The notes under the pieces: model-generated
The model's input: only the letters and a program-made list of their open reading frames with translations
The model's database searches: none
What the model was told of the DNA's origin: nothing
Position numbers and translations under genes: made by a program
In this document: positions 51,432-64,000 of the stretch, in pieces
Layout of the letters: each line of letters begins with the position of its first letter
Numbering within the stretch: position 1 is the first letter of the stretch
Assembly: GCA_964247055.1 (NCBI GenBank)
Contig: OZ176050.1
Coordinates: forward strand, 10,044,001-10,108,000
Direction of reading: 5' to 3'
DNA length: 64,000 nucleotides
Source of the DNA: Paragordius varius
Taxonomy: Eukaryota > Animalia > Nematomorpha

Positions 51432-54400
51432 ATGAATCCAACATCACAACTTTTACGTAAATCAAGTGCAGTTTTGGTTGAAAAACCAAGCAATTCTTCG
51501 AAATCCTTGCAAGAAGAACCAAACGACAATAATAGTTTTAATAGAAATAATAATAATGACAAGTACCGACCCACAAACGGATCATATGAAAATGAAATGT
51601 TTCATAATCTCTTAGCTTCCATGGGATCCCAATTCCGACAAATGATTCAAAACTTATCATCAACTAATGGACATGCGGCAAACATTGATACCGTTAATAA
51701 AAACGGCCAAATATCTGATACGATTGAAAAATGTTCCAACAACAATTCAATGCTAGGTGAAGGGACGACTGATATGAATAAAATTTTTGAATTCATTAAG
51801 AATGGCATTCCACTTTCCCAGTCGTTTCATGCTAATGGTATTAACAAGAGCGATGGAATTACAGAAAATCCGGAAGATATGACTGATCATTCAAAAGAAG
51901 AAAATGAAAGTCCAGATTACGATGATTTTGATGCAGGTTAGCAAAGAAATTATTAAAAAAACACATTGATCTCATTTTTTAGTTAATATCCTAGCAAAAC
52001 TAAAATTTTGCAAATAAAATATTTTTATAATAGAAAATGGGATGGATTTCTTTGATCATCACAATGGGCACCAACCATACAAAAAACAAAGGAGAAGCAG
52101 AACGGCTTTTAGCACGGAACAATTGTCGGCTTTGGAAAAAACTTTTCAAAAAACACATTACCCTGATATATTGATACGCGAACGATTAGCATTATGTACT
52201 AACTTACCTGAAGCTAGAATACAGGTAGTTAAATAATCTATGCCTTAATTTCTTCTTCTGAGTTATGCCCTTTATGTAATTATTTTATTCAGTTTAAGTA
52301 ATGATATAGTTTTTTGTTTTTTACCTTATTTAAAATATTTTATTTAATCAATTGGCATTTTTAGTTAATTGGTTAAAAACGCTTTCCTTGCTTGCCTAAA
52401 TATAACTTTTCATCGTTAACTAAAACATATATATGCGCTAAAATTGAATTAGCAATATATATATAAAAAAAAGTAACCAATTTAATTGGTTTATTCGTAT
52501 CAAAATTTCCATATTTACACAAGTGTGGTATGGTATATTAATATTATTAAATTTTGATAGATTTCGATACTTTTTCTTGTTTAAAAAGAGTTGTTAAATG
52601 CGAAAATGATGTATAAGGATGATAATTGAAATCAATAAATAATTGATTTATAAGAAAATGATATGCAAACCCCATTAATTAACCCCTTAAGTGAATAATG
52701 TGCCCAAAGTTATATGATTTTATATTTGAGTTAGGTCGGCAATGTTCAAACTCATTAGTTGTTTTATTTTTAATAATTTCATAATAAAACCATTTATAAA
52801 ATTCACAATGCTTTTATTATAACTAACAATTAAAAATTTATATGTTTTATTCTATCTTGCCAAAATTAATCAATAAAAGGTGTAATATATCCATTCAATA
52901 TAACTAATTAATCAATTATAAAACTTAAAACGCATTTAGAGAATATGAGTATTTACGTGTATTGGCAGACAAAAATTTGATTTATCTTAACAAAATATTA
53001 CTCATATATCTGATTGTCTGGTACAGGCAAAATGTATTGATTAAAAAGGATAAAATTAATGATATAGATAATATTATTTACAAAAATAAATTCATCTACA
53101 TAGTAAGGCTGAAAAATAGTCAATTTCGATTATGAAGTTGGGCAGAGTGAAACATGTAACATAAAATAACACTCTTGGTATTAATTATACAGTCATGGTT
53201 TAATTATAAACGTTTTGTATCGGATTACCGATAAAATAGTTAAAATACCGATCACGAAGGATACTTTGACAGAAATTAACTTTTATTAAATTCTATAAAC
53301 CAGGGATCGGTGAAGTTGAATCTGTAGAGCCGAAATAAGGTCTTACCAACATTGATGGACCAATATTTAATGATCGAAAAAAATTTTTATCGTGGATTTT
53401 TACAAAATTTGTTTAACTTATTCTGGCAGAAAAACCTAAAAATACATAGCTTTTATATAAATAATACTATGGTCATCAAATTTGTTTTAATGAAACAATG
53501 TCATATAATAATAATATATATATTTTACTAGGTATGGTTTAAAAACCGACGTGCCAAGTTTCGCAAAAAACAAAAATATAATCGATCAAACGGAGGTGGA
53601 ACCCAAAATACCGGTGTTATAATAGCTAAATCTTTAAACAATGATCAACTAATGCACAAGGAAATAAAAAATAATGGTAGTCATTTAAAATTTGATTCAA
53701 AATTTTGTGGTGCTCCCCCTAATGGCAGCACAGAGAAGGCTTTAAATGGCGAAGAAAATTTTGTATACAATGATGAAACAGATGACAAAGCTTACGACAA
53801 AGCTTATGCCATGGATCAAACGTTGCAAAATATCATAAAAAAAGAGGTTAAACAATTCAATCGATCGGAAACGGGGAAGAAATTATACCCGACGGAAAAG
53901 AATACTGCTACACAAGGAAATGGAAACGTTGCTGTTGAAAGATTTATTACCAACAATATTCCTAAATCTTTTGTACCGGGTGCTGTAAATCAAGCTCCAA
54001 ATATTATGAGTAAAATGAAGACAAGTTCCATCCCATTTGATGATGACAAACAGTATGAACCAACTATTAATGCCCATGATGCAGACAAATATAATATTGG
54101 AAAACAAACGGATGATACAGAAGACAGCCAAACCAATAATGGTATTTTAAGCAATGAATACATACAAAAAGAGAAAATGAAATATGACATTGGTAGGAAC
54201 TTACATGATAATGTCATGAACAGATATATGGCCTATTACAGCAACATGTATAATTATCAAAAGCAAAACGAACCCGACATCCGTGGTGGCACTCAAGGTA
54301 GTTTAGGTGAAGGAATAAATGTAACTTCTTCTGATCGAAACAATAAAATTAACTTGAATCATCCCATAACCATGTTACCTACCAACATGTTGAAAGAAGA

Positions 54401-55073
54401 ACAACATTTGATGTTAAAAAACCATAATTTTTACAATTTTCCAATGATGACACCGTCATTGTTTAATATACCAATGGGGTCAACTTCTTACCCCAACTTA
54501 CCAGCACCGCCAGCCCCATCAGAGATTATGAATATGTATGGGAGCTTTTATTTGGAATATTTGCATAATCTTTATGCTCGTTTTTATGGGAATAACGCCT
54601 ATTTCGCTGACTATCCATTAAATAATGGTGCAAGTATGCTTGCTAATTCAACTCATACACCAGCAAGTGTTAATGGCCCGAGCATCGTTTCAGTAGTTTC
54701 AACAACAATGCATCAAAATGAAACGGGCAAAAGCGATAATCTAACCATTAACTCGACAACGTGTCAATCGAATCCAAGCCGACAAACTATCATAAAAAGT
54801 GCTAAAAACCAAGAAGTTAATCCAGTCATATCAAATGCGACAGAAATAAATAAAATTGGTTATGCTTGGAGTAAGCCAGAGAATGTAAATAATACTATGA
54901 TAACAAAGGGCCATTTAGCTAAAAGTATTGTAAAAAAATATTTTAACCAAAACATGTATAACCATACCAGCAATCATCATCAACATTCCTCAGTCATAAA
55001 ATCTCACTTAACAAAGCCATCTAAATTTAGTGCCTTGAAACATCTCAGCTTATCTGGTCAAGAAAAAAATTGA
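51432..55073 (+). CDS. DMBX1: PRD-class K50 homeobox protein of the Dmbx family, at least 745 aa. Exons 51432 (or 51410)-51936, 52034-52224, 53532-55073. A further upstream exon is possible
   Basis: Spliced homeodomain [46 protein letters not shown]|[15 protein letters not shown] nearly matches the Dmbx1 homeodomain as I recall it. The intron lies at the typical PRD-class 46/47 position. Total 2238 nt, in frame. Confidence 0.9.
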
Positions 55074-55761
55074 AACCAAAATTTTTTAGAAAAAAACATA
55101 AAAACAATATTATGATAATAAACTTGTTTTTTTTCTTGCAAAACATTCCTATGCAAAAAATTATATAAATATATGTTTTAATCGATTAAATTAATAAAAA
55201 TGTAATAAATTTATTTTGTTCATGATAAACCCTTTAAGGCGTAATATTAAGGCCCAAATTATTTATAAAAATTTACTTTTGCAAATAAGGTTATGTAAAC
55301 ATATTTATGATTTTATACTTGCACAAAAATATTAATTGATTTTACAAAAGAAGATTTCTACATTATATATCATTAATATTGTTCAAAGAAAATGATATAT
55401 TATGAGTAAAAAACTAATTATTTTTTTGTTAAAAGAAATCCATTAAGACTAATATACCGCCTAGTGCGTTTTAACAATAATAGAAAATAAAAACATCACA
55501 CGCTTTTAACGGATTGTTATAAACAACTATAATTACATATATAAAATCAATTGTGCCGAGCCCATTTTCTAAAAATTTTGTGCAAGTTACAAGTTGTAAA
55601 AAAGTGATAATTATGAATAAATTTATTGCATATATTTGCTAATAAAAAAATATTAGCTATATTTCCTAATTTTAAAAAGGATTAAAAATCATAAAGTTTT
55701 GATGTGCGCAATGATTGGTCAAAACATATAGTGCTGATTAGATTAAAAGAAGGCGGAAAAA

Positions 55762-63851
<8,090 letters not shown>

Positions 63852-64000
63852 ATCCTGCTGATTGTCAAACCTAGGAGAGAATAATAAGTGTTATAAACAT
63901 GACAAAAAATATCCCGATTAACTGAGGGAATATTTATTAGGGTTTTGGATGTTTAGAGTAGGAAATATAGCAAATTTTACCCAAAAAAATTAAATCATAC

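Overview
Very AT-rich, intron-containing animal (invertebrate-type) genomic DNA. It is not prokaryotic: there are no CRISPR arrays, operons or rRNA genes. Six protein-coding genes can be assembled by hand from GT-AG splice sites. In order they are: (1) an orphan ~1570-aa coiled-coil/low-complexity protein with a very basic Lys-rich tail (-); (2) PRPF39, a U1 snRNP HAT-repeat factor (+, 14 exons); (3) an ace-1-type cholinesterase with a GPI-type C-terminus (-, 3 exons); (4) RSF1, a DDT-WHIM-PHD chromatin factor (-); (5) a K50 PRD-class Dmbx homeobox gene (+); and (6) mitochondrial Lon protease LONP1 (-). Introns and intergenic DNA contain several non-autonomous DNA-transposon families (TTAA/piggyBac-like, TA/Tc1-like, CAC..GTG/TTA Chapaev-like), a rearranged Chapaev-like transposase relic with a nested LINE fragment, a probable tRNA-derived SINE and TA microsatellites. 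The most striking signal is a second, ultra-short intron class of 22-28 nt. Four of these introns are required to keep conserved RSF1 and LONP1 reading frames open, and three more are candidates. All lie within about 420 nt of the start codon, whereas every downstream intron I could delimit is at least 68 nt. Exon boundaries were read by eye, family calls come from remembered motifs, and no searches were run.
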